A stretch of DNA of 64,000 bases from an uncultured Acidobacteriota bacterium (GCA_963702425.1 CAVPCQ010000021.1:64001-128000); one strand, 5' to 3'. Positions 11,252-21,789 are shown, counted from the first letter of the stretch. Translations and numbers: made by a program. Notes: generated by a model from the sequence alone, not told the origin.

Positions 11252-11848
11252 TCAGAACAGCCGCCGCAGCGCTTCCTCCAGCGGCTCGGCCCCCTCGAAC
11301 AGGATCGCCCGCATACCCGCGTCGCGCGCGGCGTCGATGTTGGTAGCGCGGTCGTCCACGAACAGCACCGCGGAGGCTTCGATCCCGATCCGCAGCAGCG
11401 CCTGGCGGAAGTAGTCGGGTGAGGGCTTCCGAGCCCGCAGCAGGTAGCTGGGGTGATGCCCGCTGGCGAAACGGTCGAGCAGGAAACGCGCGCGCAGCTC
11501 CTCGTACCAGCAGGGGTAGTTCGACAGGACGTGAATCGGAACCCGCGTGGCGATCCGGATCGACAGGCGCTCCATCCCCGGGACCCAGGCGTAGCGCCGG
11601 TGCAGTTCGCGCTTGTAGCGCTCGATGTCGAAGCCGCCAGCGGACGCAGGCAGAAACCGCTGGGCGTACGTTCGCTCGTCAATCCTGCCAAGTTCGAAGT
11701 CGTGCCACGCCGCCTCGTTGCGCAGCGGCTCGAGCGCTTCGAGCGTCATTCCGGTCGTGACGACGAGCGCTTCGCGGTACGGATCGACGACGAGGGTGTC
11801 CATCAGGTCGAGGGCCAGCAGACGGATCGCGGGGCGGTTGGGGGGCAC
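11252..11848 (-). CDS. HAD-superfamily phosphatase (YihX-like)
   Basis: DLMDT motif I, LSNY, RKPSP and LFVDDRATNIDAA. Confidence 0.88.
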   Translation of the reverse strand: MPPNRPAIRLLALDLMDTLVVDPYREALVVTTGMTLEALEPLRNEAAWHDFELGRIDERTYAQRFLPASAGGFDIERYKRELHRRYAWVPGMERLSIRIATRVPIHVLSNYPCWYEELRARFLLDRFASGHHPSYLLRARKPSPDYFRQALLRIGIEASAVLFVDDRATNIDAARDAGMRAILFEGAEPLEEALRRLF

Positions 11849-11907
11849 GGGAGGCTCGCTTCGGCCGGGAGTTTCACGATGGACCGGATCGGGAGCAAAC
11901 TCCAGCG

Positions 11908-12384
11908 GTGGGCGTGGAACCTCCGCGGTTCGTCGTCGACGCGATGCTCGGCCGTCTGGCGCGATGGCTGCGCCTGCTCGGCTGCGACGCCCTGTACGAC
12001 CCTTCCGCGGACGACCGGGAGCTGGCGCGGTGCGCGGCCGCCAGCGGGCGGATCGTCCTGACCCGTGACCGCGGGCTCCTGGCCCGGCGGCTCGTGACCC
12101 GCGGCGTGCTGATCCGGGACGACCACCTCGCCGGCCAGCTGCGGCAGGTCGCGGCCGAGTGCGGCCTCGCGCTCGATCCCGCAGCTTGTTTCACCCGCTG
12201 CCTGGCCTGCAACGCCCAGACGCGCGACGTCTCCCGGGCCGAGGTCGCGGGGCGGGTCCCTCCCTTCGTTCTCCGGAGCCACGAGCGATTCCGGGCCTGC
12301 CCCGGCTGCGCTCGCGTCTACTGGGCCGGGTCCCACCGCGAGTTCGCCCTGCGCCTGCTGTCCCGCCTGCTGGAACCGTCCTAG
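11908..12384 (+). CDS. Mut7-C RNase domain protein
   Basis: FVVDAMLGRLARWLRLLG, VLTRDR, and Zn ribbon CxxC...CxxC followed by YWAGSH. Confidence 0.9.
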   Translation: MGVEPPRFVVDAMLGRLARWLRLLGCDALYDPSADDRELARCAAASGRIVLTRDRGLLARRLVTRGVLIRDDHLAGQLRQVAAECGLALDPAACFTRCLACNAQTRDVSRAEVAGRVPPFVLRSHERFRACPGCARVYWAGSHREFALRLLSRLLEPS

Positions 12385-12501
12385 GGCGCGCCAGGAGGGC
12401 CGCTGGCAGGCTGTCCCACCCCGGCCCGACTCTGGGGTGCGCTGGCCGCCGAGCCGGACTCCGGCCCGTGGGCTGCGGGCCGCGCAGCTCCGCCGAACGG
12501 C

Positions 12502-12534
12502 AAAAAAAGAGGGGCAGCCTCGCGGCTGCCCCTC
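12502..12534 (-). terminator. Rho-independent terminator of the large Kelch/IPT gene
   Basis: 11-bp stem GAGGGGCAGCC/GGCTGCCCCTC with a 4-nt loop, followed by T7 on the minus strand. Confidence 0.9.
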
Positions 12535-12577
12535 GGAGTGGGCGCCCCCCGGCGTCAGCCGGGGGAGGAACCGTCGC

Positions 12578-15500
12578 TTACGGCTTGATCTTCTTCGCGC
12601 CGGAGACGACGGTGTTGTAGTTGTTGCGGGCCTCGATCTTGTAGCTGTAGCTCGTGCCAGTGACCACGTCGTCGTCGACGTAGTCCGTCACGGCACCATC
12701 CACCGCGAAGATCGAGACGAACGGCCCGCCCTTGGTTGAGCGCAGGATCGAGTACGAGCGAGCGAGGCCACCGCTCGGAGCGCTCCACTCGATCAGGACG
12801 CCGCAGAACGAGCTCTTCTCGTCGCAGATGTACTCGAGGAGTTCGATTCCCGGCTTGCCGGTGAGCTTCGGGTCGACCGTGACACTGGAGTTCAGGCTCG
12901 CCGCCGGCGAGGCGATGTTGCCATTGCTCTTGTTGACGGCCCTCACCTGGTAGTCGTAGTTGTTGCCGGCTTTGAGGCCGGTCAGCGTGCACGTCATCGT
13001 GCTGATGCCCCGGTTGGCCTTGAGGTTCTTGACCACCTTCCAGGCACCGCCATTGACCGACTGCTCGATCACGAAGCCGGTCTCGTTCGTCGCGTTGTCC
13101 TGGAAGGTCAGGGTGACCTTGCCCTTCGGGAACAGCTCGGCGCTGAGATCCGACGGCGGGGTCGGCTGGTTGGCGACGGAAATCGAGAACTTGTCGAAGG
13201 CGGTAGCGGTACCGCCGTCGGGGTTCACGACTTCCAGCCCGATGAACCGCGGGAAGGCGTTCTCGTCGACGTTGACGCAGACCACGATCCGGGTCGGGTC
13301 GATGAAGCCGCCGCCCGGACGGACGTAGATCATCGAGCCACCCTCGCAGAACTGGACCTCACCCTCGCCCTCGTAGTCCAGGAAGACCTGGGCGCCCGGC
13401 TGGAACCCCGAACCGGTGATGGTCACGTTGACGTTCTGCATCCCGGCGCCGACGGTCGACGGGTCGACCCGGATGATCTTCGGCGCCGCGACGTTGGTGA
13501 TCGAGTTCTGGAAGGTGAAAACCGAGCAGCTCGGGATAGGGGTAGGGGGATCGGTGACGACGGGGGGCGGGGCCGTGACGACGAGGCTGTACGTACCCGG
13601 CACGGACACGTTGGTGGAAACCAGCGTCGTCGTGATCTGGCTCTCGCTCACGACGGTGGTGCTGTTGGGCTGGATGAAGACGCCGCCCTCGGTCGGAGTG
13701 ATCGAGACCGTGGTCCCGGGTACGAAGTTCGAACCCGTGATCGTGATCGCCTGCGAGGTGCCCTGGGCGATCGTGGCGTCGGAGATGCCGGACACGGTCG
13801 GGACTGCGGCGACGATGACCGCGTTGGGGAGCGTCGCGCTCGAGCCGTCCGGCAGCGGGTTGGTGATCGTCAGGGCGTGCGAGCCGATCGAGTTGACGCC
13901 GTCGGTGATGCTGACGTCGATGCTCAGCTCGGTCGGGGAGACAACGCGGACCGCGCGGGTCTGGACTGCAGGCCCGAAGCTCACGTTCGCGGGACCCAGG
14001 TTCGGGAGGAAGTTCGTGCCGAAGACCTGCAGGTTGTCGAGAACCTGGCCCTGGCAAACGATCGGCGGGCCCGCACCGGCAACGAAGTCGGTGATCGTGG
14101 TCCCGGCGAAGATCGCGAAGTTGTCCTGGCAGGAGAGGATCGCGCCGGTGCTCGGGTTCCGGAGGATGACGTCCCAGTTCTCGCCGAGCAGGTTGTAGTT
14201 GAAGCCCGCGAAGGGCGGCGGGGTCAGGATCCCGGTGATGCTGTTCACCTGGTCCGTCTCGTCCGAGATGGAGAGTTCGTAAATGGCGTTGCCGTTGGCG
14301 ACCGCCATCTGCGTGAAGCCCTCGAACCCCTTGCCGGTGATCGTGATGGCCGTCGGAGGACCGCCCAGGACGACCTGGTCCGGAGTCACCGTCTCGCAGA
14401 AGATCTCCGGCTTGACGGTGATCGTGATCTCGCCGCGGGCCGTCGGGCCATCGGCGCAGTCGGTGCCGCTCGGCGTCGTCACGACGACGACGTACGGTCC
14501 CGGAGGCGTGTTGGCGTCGATCACGAGCTCGGCCTTGAGGTGGCCGCTGTCGATGAAGATCGTGTTGTTGACCGTGATCGCGGATCCCTTGTCGAATCCG
14601 ATCGTGACGCTCGATCCCGGCGTGAAGTTCGTGCCGTAGATGTCGATCGTCGTCACGAGCTGGCCCTGGGTCAGGGACGGCTGCTGGATCTGGCTGGGCT
14701 GGATGCCGCTGACTGTCGGGGCCGGAACGACCACGAACTTCGTCGCCAGCGTGCAACTCTGGTTGAGACCGCAGGTCTCGCCGTTGCTGACCGTGACGGT
14801 GTAGGAACCGGCGGCCGCCTCGGCGGAAACCGAGACGAGCAGGACCATCCGGTTGCCGGAGTTCCCGTCGGTCGGGCCGATCGGGAGGTCGTCGCGGTAG
14901 ACCACCTTCTCCAGGACCGTGACGCCAGGGCCGAAGTCGACGGTGGTGCCGAAGCCGAAGTTGCTGCCGGTGATCTCGACCTGGAACGGTTCCTCACCGG
15001 GCACCCCGAACAGGCAGTTGGACCCGACGCGGACCGCGCCGCCGCAGGTGGGCGTCGCGACCACGACGATCAGCGGAGAGGTCGGGGCAAGTGGCGCACC
15101 TGCCGGCCAGACCACCGGAGGGGCGATCGTGGTCACGATCTCGAGGTAGTAGAGCTGGCCCGCGCGCTGCGTGGGCGGAACGTTGAAGTAGGCCACGAGC
15201 TGGCGGTCGCTGAGGACGGTCCAGGACGTGGCGAGCAGGTCCTCGGACGGGTCGACCGTGCTCTTCAGCGTGATGCTGAGAACGGCCGAAGTCGGGAAGA
15301 CCGGCAGATCGACGGCGAAGCCGTTGCCGTTGACCTTGACCTCGGCCGGCTGGCCCTGCAGCAGGGCGATCGAGCCGAGGCAGTTGTTGCCGAACACGCT
15401 GTCCACCGAGGGCGGTGGCGGATCGACGTAGACGCCGAGCTCCTCGGCGTAGGCCTCGGCGGTCCGGTCGGTCGGAGCCTGCGTGGGCCAGACGTAGCTG

Positions 15501-18500
15501 ACCGGCGTCGTGTCGCTCGGCGGGATGATACCGGGCGGGTCGGAGACGCCGGGGGTGTACGACCAGTTGAACCCGACGAGGTAGGCACCGGTCGGCGCGT
15601 TGAGCGGCACGTCGGTGTCGATGTCGAAGTCCGTGAAGCTGTTCACGGTGAAGCCGGTAGCCACCTGAACGCCATTCCCCAGCGCGGGGATGTAGCTCAC
15701 GTTGCTGAGCAGCGAACTGCCGTTCAACGCGGTGAAGCCGGTGCCGACGACGTTGATCGTCAGCGGCTCGGCCGTCACGCCGTCGCCGCGGCTGGTGTGC
15801 GCCCACTCGCCGGGGAAGACTCCGACGAGGCCCGGGCTGTTCGCGTCCGCCGTGGTGTTCACATCGGTGACGTCGGCGAACGGGATGATGTAGACGGTCT
15901 GGTTGAGCGCCTCGTCCCAACTGTTGATCGACGGGTTGTAGACGCGAACCGTCAGCTCGTGCGCGCCGGAGAGGGTCGTCGGCGGGTAGTTGACGGTCGC
16001 GCGCAGCTCGCCGCCCGAGATGAACGAGGTGAGGCCTTCGGCGCCGAGGGCGCCGACGTTGACGCAGCCGGCCGCGTCGGCACCGACGAGGCTGATGCCG
16101 CCCGCCGGCTGGGTCACGTCGGTGATGCAGATCACCGTGAACTGGTTGTTGAGCGCGAACGGAACCGGCGGCGGGGCGGTGTCGCCCTGCTGGCCGTAGG
16201 TCGGCCAGCCGAACGGCGAGGTGTCGTCGTCCACGGCCGTCGCACCGCTCTCGTTGACGCGGCCGGAACGGAAGTTGGCGCCGAAGGCGGCGAGTTCGCG
16301 GGTGAAGAGCGCGTTCGTGATCTGCACGACGTTCTGGTTGCCCGCGACGGTCATGTCGGTGTCCACGCCCGTGTCGAACACATCCACGGACGGGAAGACC
16401 TGGAGGCCGGGCCGCAGGGCCAGCGGCAGCACGAAGACGCCACCCGTCAGTTCGATGTCGTAGACGTAGGTGTCAGCGACCGCGGGGGTCGGGATCGTGA
16501 TCACCGCGTCGATCGTCGAGCCGTCGACCAGCGTCAGCGAGTCGACGGTGATCGCGGGCGCGTTGCCGGCGTTGGCGCCGACCGGGAGGAAGCTGGCGGT
16601 TTCGCCGCCGACGAAGACCGGGAAGCCGACGCCCTTCAGGCGAACCGTCCGGGTCGTGTAACCGGCCACGTCCCGGCCGGCGTCGACGTTGTAGTCGGCG
16701 CGCGCCCAGTTGGGCGCGCAGGTCGTCGCGTTGGTCGGGTTGTAGCCGCCCGGCAGCGCGAAGCCCAGGAGCTGGCGGTTGACCGTGAGCTCGTTGAAGT
16801 GCGCCGCAAGGTCGGCACCTTCTTCGATCATCACCTGCCATTCGAGCTGCTGGACGTTGGCGATCGGTCCCTGGATGCCGGAGGGGTTCGGGATCACGCC
16901 GTTCGAGCAGGGTGTCGTCACCCCGGGCGGGTACGCGAGATCCAGCAGATGCCGGCGGTCGATGGTGCCGCTGCCCGGATCGTCGCTGTCCAGCGGGAGG
17001 GACTCGATGTCGACCCAGTTGCTCCAGTCGCTGTAGGGGTTGCCGGTCGCGGTGGTCGCCGTCCGGAAGCGGAAGTAGATCTTCCCGCCGCTGCCGTAGT
17101 CGATCGAGAAGCGGAGGTTGTGTACGTCACCTGGAGTGATGCCGAAATCGACGATGCTCGAGTACTCCGACGCGTCCGCAGTGGTGGCCGTCACGCCGAC
17201 GAGCGACGGGGTGAGGTTGAGCTGGAAGATCGAGTTCAGCGCGCCGCCGTTGACGTCGAGTCCGCCGGGCGCATAGATGTTCCCGTTGTAGGCGACACCG
17301 TTGACGTCGCCGTCCCCGGCGAGGCCCACGAAGTTGATCAGCGTCGGCGGAACGACGATCTCGCTGAAGCTGCCGAGCGCGCCGTTGCCGAGGATCTGCG
17401 CGCGCTCGACCGAGGTGTAGACGGTCGTGGCGAGCAGCGTCTTGTTGAAGCCGCCGATCAGGTACACGTAGCCGTTCGCGACGACCGCCGCGAACAGCTC
17501 GCGCTGCCGCTCGGTCTCGATGATGTTCCCCTGCGCGTCACGGGGGTAGTTCCACCCCACACCGGCGGGCGGGTAGACCGGGTCCGGATCGTAGAGGGCC
17601 TGCGTGTCGTTGTTGATCGCCAGGTAGTAGATGAAGCGGGTCGCGCCGATCAGCTCCTGGCCGGTGTTGCCGCCGATGTAGTAGAGGTACGTCGTCGTCG
17701 TGTCGTACGACGCCGCGACGGCGAACCGTCCGCCGCCGGTCGGCAGCGGCAGGCTGGGCAGAATCTCCCACCCCGCGCCTTCGAACTCGCCGTTCGGCAG
17801 CAACTGCGCGCGCGCGACGAGGTCGCTGTTGGTCTGGCTCGCGCTGCGCGGGGTGAGCGAACCGCCGGCGATGTACAGCCAGCCGTTGACGATCGCCGCG
17901 GCCTGGTCGCCCACGCCGGCGGGCATCGTCAGGGACATCGTCGTCGCGCCGACGAGGTTGCCCGTCGCGTCGATCGTGAAGCGCTCGATGTCGTTGATCG
18001 GCACGCCGCCGTTGCCGTAGCCGCCGATCACGTAGATGTAGTCGTTCCACGCGACGACGGCGGCGCCATAGCGCGCCGTAGACAGGTTGCCGGCCAACGA
18101 TCCGCCGACGGGCGGGAAGAGGCTCCCGTCCGGGGAGATCGCGGCGCGCTCGATCGTGTCGATCGGATTCGTGCCGTTGAGGCCGCCGACGACGTACACG
18201 CACTGGTTCGCGGTGCGGTTCGGCTGAGGCGGCAGCAACAGCGGGCAGCGGGCGATGACGGCGCCCGCGCCCTCGCGCGGTGTGTTCAGCACGAACGCCT
18301 GGAAGAAGTTGCCCAACGCGACGGTCGGATCCGTCTGCGCCGCGCGCCCGATGTATCCGGAGACCAAGTCCCCTTCGGGCGGCGGCGGGCTCGTGACGAC
18401 CACGTCGCCATTGGTGGTGTAGCCGCGAACGCCGAAATCGTTGTCGGTCGTGACCGTTGTCGTCGGGGCCGCGGCAGCCAGCACGAAGCCGCCGAACGCC

Positions 18501-18568
18501 AGCGTAAGCACGCAGGCAACCACGGCGGCCCCGATGCTCGTGAGACCTCGCCCTCTCCTAACTACCAT
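12578..18568 (-). CDS. ~2000-aa secreted surface protein: Kelch beta-propeller, many IPT/TIG-like Ig domains, C-terminal FN3-like domains
   Basis: Signal peptide after the ATG at 18568 (RBS AGGAGA). Six Kelch-like Y(V/I)xGG repeats, repeated ITGxNF motifs, FN3 motifs DNATNETGFVIE and YDYQVRAVN. Confidence 0.85.
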   Translation of the reverse strand: MVVRRGRGLTSIGAAVVACVLTLAFGGFVLAAAAPTTTVTTDNDFGVRGYTTNGDVVVTSPPPPEGDLVSGYIGRAAQTDPTVALGNFFQAFVLNTPREGAGAVIARCPLLLPPQPNRTANQCVYVVGGLNGTNPIDTIERAAISPDGSLFPPVGGSLAGNLSTARYGAAVVAWNDYIYVIGGYGNGGVPINDIERFTIDATGNLVGATTMSLTMPAGVGDQAAAIVNGWLYIAGGSLTPRSASQTNSDLVARAQLLPNGEFEGAGWEILPSLPLPTGGGRFAVAASYDTTTTYLYYIGGNTGQELIGATRFIYYLAINNDTQALYDPDPVYPPAGVGWNYPRDAQGNIIETERQRELFAAVVANGYVYLIGGFNKTLLATTVYTSVERAQILGNGALGSFSEIVVPPTLINFVGLAGDGDVNGVAYNGNIYAPGGLDVNGGALNSIFQLNLTPSLVGVTATTADASEYSSIVDFGITPGDVHNLRFSIDYGSGGKIYFRFRTATTATGNPYSDWSNWVDIESLPLDSDDPGSGTIDRRHLLDLAYPPGVTTPCSNGVIPNPSGIQGPIANVQQLEWQVMIEEGADLAAHFNELTVNRQLLGFALPGGYNPTNATTCAPNWARADYNVDAGRDVAGYTTRTVRLKGVGFPVFVGGETASFLPVGANAGNAPAITVDSLTLVDGSTIDAVITIPTPAVADTYVYDIELTGGVFVLPLALRPGLQVFPSVDVFDTGVDTDMTVAGNQNVVQITNALFTRELAAFGANFRSGRVNESGATAVDDDTSPFGWPTYGQQGDTAPPPVPFALNNQFTVICITDVTQPAGGISLVGADAAGCVNVGALGAEGLTSFISGGELRATVNYPPTTLSGAHELTVRVYNPSINSWDEALNQTVYIIPFADVTDVNTTADANSPGLVGVFPGEWAHTSRGDGVTAEPLTINVVGTGFTALNGSSLLSNVSYIPALGNGVQVATGFTVNSFTDFDIDTDVPLNAPTGAYLVGFNWSYTPGVSDPPGIIPPSDTTPVSYVWPTQAPTDRTAEAYAEELGVYVDPPPPSVDSVFGNNCLGSIALLQGQPAEVKVNGNGFAVDLPVFPTSAVLSITLKSTVDPSEDLLATSWTVLSDRQLVAYFNVPPTQRAGQLYYLEIVTTIAPPVVWPAGAPLAPTSPLIVVVATPTCGGAVRVGSNCLFGVPGEEPFQVEITGSNFGFGTTVDFGPGVTVLEKVVYRDDLPIGPTDGNSGNRMVLLVSVSAEAAAGSYTVTVSNGETCGLNQSCTLATKFVVVPAPTVSGIQPSQIQQPSLTQGQLVTTIDIYGTNFTPGSSVTIGFDKGSAITVNNTIFIDSGHLKAELVIDANTPPGPYVVVVTTPSGTDCADGPTARGEITITVKPEIFCETVTPDQVVLGGPPTAITITGKGFEGFTQMAVANGNAIYELSISDETDQVNSITGILTPPPFAGFNYNLLGENWDVILRNPSTGAILSCQDNFAIFAGTTITDFVAGAGPPIVCQGQVLDNLQVFGTNFLPNLGPANVSFGPAVQTRAVRVVSPTELSIDVSITDGVNSIGSHALTITNPLPDGSSATLPNAVIVAAVPTVSGISDATIAQGTSQAITITGSNFVPGTTVSITPTEGGVFIQPNSTTVVSESQITTTLVSTNVSVPGTYSLVVTAPPPVVTDPPTPIPSCSVFTFQNSITNVAAPKIIRVDPSTVGAGMQNVNVTITGSGFQPGAQVFLDYEGEGEVQFCEGGSMIYVRPGGGFIDPTRIVVCVNVDENAFPRFIGLEVVNPDGGTATAFDKFSISVANQPTPPSDLSAELFPKGKVTLTFQDNATNETGFVIEQSVNGGAWKVVKNLKANRGISTMTCTLTGLKAGNNYDYQVRAVNKSNGNIASPAASLNSSVTVDPKLTGKPGIELLEYICDEKSSFCGVLIEWSAPSGGLARSYSILRSTKGGPFVSIFAVDGAVTDYVDDDVVTGTSYSYKIEARNNYNTVVSGAKKIKP

Positions 18569-18743
18569 CTCATCTCTCCTTTCGCTTGCACCCCCAAACA
18601 ACAAGGCATCTTGTCCAAGGAACGAACGGCCTCCCGAGGCCGGGCGGCCACCCGCCTTCCCTGGCAAAGTCGACCCCCGCGGCACGGTCGCGCCACGCGA
18701 TGGGGGCCTTTCTGCGGGGTAATACATGCCTGCATCCTGCGTG

Positions 18744-18772
18744 ATTCAACCAAATCCGAACAAAGGTGTCAA
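18744..18772 (-). promoter_or_regulatory. Putative sigma70 promoter of the Kelch/IPT gene
   Basis: TTGACA-N17-TTGAAT with a TG extension, in a locally AT-rich patch. Confidence 0.55.
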
Positions 18773-19321
18773 TTGCACGCCAAGCAAAATAACCGGTCAG
18801 GTCCAGCCACGGGAAGTCCGTTTCCTCCGTGAAACCAACCGATTGGGCCTCTCGGAACCCCGGGCGCTTCTCAGGTGCGGGCTAGGTAGGGTTCGGCGCC
18901 AAACATGGGGTCCGGCGCGTCGAGGAGCAAGGTCGGCTCCGGCGCTATGTCCTTCCTGGAACTGGTTGACAGTCGGTCTTCCCCCTCAACCGGGTCGGGC
19001 GTGGCTTGCAGCATACACTTCCCCGGTGGGCTGCCACAACCTCCGTGGGGAATCCCCGCGGTCCCGCCGGAACCCGCTCTCGGCGGGACTTTTCCAAAGC
19101 GTGCCGGGAGGGCTATGAGCCGCCCCGGCCGGGGATCATGCCCCCCCGGTACCTACCCGTCCATTTCTCCGCCGACCGCCCGTCGGCCCGGCTCGACCGC
19201 TCGGGCGGGGGGGCCTCCCGTCCGCCCCCGGTCTCGCGCCCGCCCGGCGGCTTGAAACGGGCCCCGGGTTGCGGGCATGGTTCCGGCGGCCCGGACTGCC
19301 GGGCCCAGAGGAGGGACAGCC

Positions 19322-20689
19322 GTGGAGTTCCGCGCGATCAACCCGGCCACCGGGCACCCCCTGTCGCGCGCCTTCGCCGCCGACGACGATGCGACGCTCG
19401 AGCGGAAGCTCGAGCGCTCGGCCGCTGCGGCCATCGCGTGGCGAAGGGCGCCTTTCGCAGCGCGCGCGCAGGTGCTGCGCCGCGCGGCGGAGGTGCTCGG
19501 CGCACGGCGCGAGGAGTTCGCGCGGCTGATGGCGGAGGAGATGGGCAAGCCGGTCGCGCAGGGACTGTCCGAAGCCGACAAGTGCGCGTGGGTCTGCCGC
19601 TATTACGCCGACCACGGCGAAGCGCACCTGGCGCCGGAGACGATCGCGACCGACGCCAGCGCGAGCACCGTGCGCTTCGATCCGCTCGGCGCCGTGCTGG
19701 CGGTGATGCCGTGGAACTTCCCGTTCTGGCAGGTTTTCCGTTTCGCCGCGCCGGCGCTGATGGCCGGCAACGTCGGCCTGCTCAAGCACGCTTCGAACGT
19801 GCCGGGCTGCGCGGTGGCGATCGAGCAGGTCTTCCGCGCCGCGGGCCTCCCTGACGGCTGTTTCCAGGCGCTGCTGATCGCGGGGGCACGGGCCGAGCAG
19901 CTGGTCGGCGACCCACGCATCGCGGCGGTCACGCTCACCGGCAGCGAGCCCGCGGGGATGGCGGTTGCCGCAGCGGCCGGTCGCGCCCTCAAGAAGGTCG
20001 TGCTCGAGCTCGGCGGTTCGGATCCCTTCGTCGTATTCGACGACGCCGACGTTCCGCGCGCCGCGGAGGTCGCGGTGACGGCGCGCATGCTCAACTCCGG
20101 CCAGAGCTGCATCGCCGCCAAGCGCTTCCTGCTGCACTCCTCGATCGCGGAGCCGTTCACGCGGCGGATGGTCGAGCGCGTGCGCGCGCTGCGAGTCGGT
20201 GACCCGCTCGATCCCGAAACCGAGGTCGGGCCGCTGGCCCGTGAAGACCTGCTCGCGGAGCTGAACCAGCAGGTGGCGGACAGCCTGGCGGAGGGCGCGC
20301 GCTGTCTCGTCGGCGGCGGCCGGCTCGACCGCCCCGGTTTCTTCTATGCGCCGACCGTGCTGGAAGAGGTCTGGCCCGGCCTTCCCGTGGCTTCCGAGGA
20401 GACCTTCGGCCCGGTCGCGGCGCTGATGTCGTTCGACACCGACGACGAGGCCGTCGCGCTGGCCAACGGCACCCCGTTCGGGCTGGGCGCGAGCCTCTGG
20501 ACGAGCGACCTCGACCGCGGCCGGCGGCTGGCCGCGGCGATCGAGGCCGGCTCGGTCTTCATCAACGGAATGGTCAAGTCCGACCCGCGGCTGCCGTTCG
20601 GCGGCGTCAAGCGCTCGGGCTTCGGCCGCGAGCTGGGCCGCGAGGGGATCCGCGAGTTCGTCAACGTCAAGACGGTGTGGGTGGGCTGA
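19322..20689 (+). CDS. NAD-dependent aldehyde dehydrogenase, succinate-semialdehyde dehydrogenase (Sad/GabD1) type
   Basis: AVMPWNFPFWQVFRF, LKHASNVP, TLTGSEPAG, LELGGSD, GQSCIAAKRF, EETFGP and PFGGVKRSG motifs. Confidence 0.92.
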   Translation: MEFRAINPATGHPLSRAFAADDDATLERKLERSAAAAIAWRRAPFAARAQVLRRAAEVLGARREEFARLMAEEMGKPVAQGLSEADKCAWVCRYYADHGEAHLAPETIATDASASTVRFDPLGAVLAVMPWNFPFWQVFRFAAPALMAGNVGLLKHASNVPGCAVAIEQVFRAAGLPDGCFQALLIAGARAEQLVGDPRIAAVTLTGSEPAGMAVAAAAGRALKKVVLELGGSDPFVVFDDADVPRAAEVAVTARMLNSGQSCIAAKRFLLHSSIAEPFTRRMVERVRALRVGDPLDPETEVGPLAREDLLAELNQQVADSLAEGARCLVGGGRLDRPGFFYAPTVLEEVWPGLPVASEETFGPVAALMSFDTDDEAVALANGTPFGLGASLWTSDLDRGRRLAAAIEAGSVFINGMVKSDPRLPFGGVKRSGFGRELGREGIREFVNVKTVWVG

Positions 20690-21431
20690 GGCGCGCCCTT
20701 CCGAGCAGCGTCTCGAACTCCGCTTGCGTCGCCGGCAGGTTCATCGCCAGTGGCACGAAGCCGACGCCGCTGCGCAGCAGGGCCAGCGACACCGACTGCC
20801 CCGGCCGGAATTCGCCCTCGAACCCGACCGGACAGCGCACCGGCTCGAGCCGGACCTCGTTCGCCCGCACCGCGAGCACGCGCCCGGAGACGCGCTCCAC
20901 CAAGTAGTGGCCGACGTTCATTTCGTCCTGCGAGGCGAACAGGAAGGGAGAACTGGCAAGCTCGACCGCGGCCTGCAGGCGCTCGTGACGAACCAGCGCG
21001 GCTCGGGCGCAGCGGAAGTGCCCGCGGAAGAGGGCGAGGTCGGTCGCCGTGGCCAGCCCTTCCGCGCCCAGCCAGCGAACGAGCCGGGGTGCCTCGGCGG
21101 AGAAGGCGAGCAGGACCCCGTGGCCGGCGAGGACGCTGAAGGGGAAGAGCCGAGAACACGGTCCCAGCAGCCGGGCGAGGCAGCCCGCGCCGAGCAGGTC
21201 GCGGGCCGCCCGGGGGCTGCCCCGCTCGAGCCGCCGCCTCGTCAACGGATCGAGCAGCTCGGGGCCCATCTGGTCCAGGAACTGGACGACCAGTTCGAGC
21301 GCGGCCGAGACCCCGCGGGTCTCGCCCTCACCGCTCTCGGCCAGCCGGGTCGTGGCGTAGCGCGCGAGCGCTTCCCCTGCGGTGACGGTGCGGTCCTCGG
21401 TGAACGGCTGCGGTTTCCCGGTCGCTGGCAT
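20667..21431 (-). CDS. Hypothetical protein
   Basis: 254-aa ORF with globular composition and a GGAG-type RBS. No recognisable motif. Confidence 0.6.
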   Translation of the reverse strand: MPATGKPQPFTEDRTVTAGEALARYATTRLAESGEGETRGVSAALELVVQFLDQMGPELLDPLTRRRLERGSPRAARDLLGAGCLARLLGPCSRLFPFSVLAGHGVLLAFSAEAPRLVRWLGAEGLATATDLALFRGHFRCARAALVRHERLQAAVELASSPFLFASQDEMNVGHYLVERVSGRVLAVRANEVRLEPVRCPVGFEGEFRPGQSVSLALLRSGVGFVPLAMNLPATQAEFETLLGRARLSPPTPS

Positions 21432-21577
21432 CGGCTCCCCCTCTCCCCCGCCGTGCTGGACCCGCGGCGGAACCGGGGGAAGGTAGCCGGACCCGGCAGT
21501 GGTCGGCCGCCCGGCGTGAGGGCGTTCGTCCCCGGTGCGGGATCTCCCGCGCGCGGGATGCCGCGCCGCGGGCGAGC

Positions 21578-21606
21578 TTGACGCGGCGGGGGGCTGGCCG
21601 TAGGCT
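21578..21606 (+). promoter_or_regulatory. sigma70 promoter of the tRNA pair
   Basis: TTGACG-N17-TAGGCT, 11 nt before tRNA-Val. Confidence 0.7.
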
Positions 21607-21617
21607 CTCCGCTTCGC

Positions 21618-21693
21618 GGGCGGCTAGCTCAGCTGGGAGAGCACCTGCCTTACACGCAGGGGGTCACTGGTTCGAGCCCGGTGCCGCCCACCA
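21618..21693 (+). tRNA. tRNA-Val (TAC)
   Basis: 76 nt. Acceptor GGGCGGC/GCCGCCC, AGCTCAG D-arm, anticodon loop CTTACAC, TTCGA T-loop, encoded CCA. Confidence 0.97.
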
Positions 21694-21712
21694 TCTTGGA
21701 AAGTCACGCCGC

Positions 21713-21789
21713 GGGGGCGTGGTGCAGTTGGTTAGCACGCAGGCCTGTCAAGCCTGAGGTCGCGGGTTCAAGTCCCGTCGCTCCCGCCA
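21713..21789 (+). tRNA. tRNA-Asp (GTC)
   Basis: 77 nt. Acceptor GGGGGCG/CGCTCCC, anticodon arm CAGGC-CTGTCAA-GCCTG, TTCAA T-loop, encoded CCA. Confidence 0.96.

Noticed and set aside
18770-18790. sigma54 promoter (TGGC...TTG) upstream of the Kelch gene
   Set aside because: The -24/-12 spacing is off by one and the GC dinucleotide is absent. The overlapping sigma70 match is better.
13877-18832. Very long antisense or alternative-frame ORFs (also 28434..35180, 37065..41432, 7907..10918)
   Set aside because: They are Arg/Gly/Ala-rich shadow frames of real genes, as expected at this GC content, and carry no motifs.
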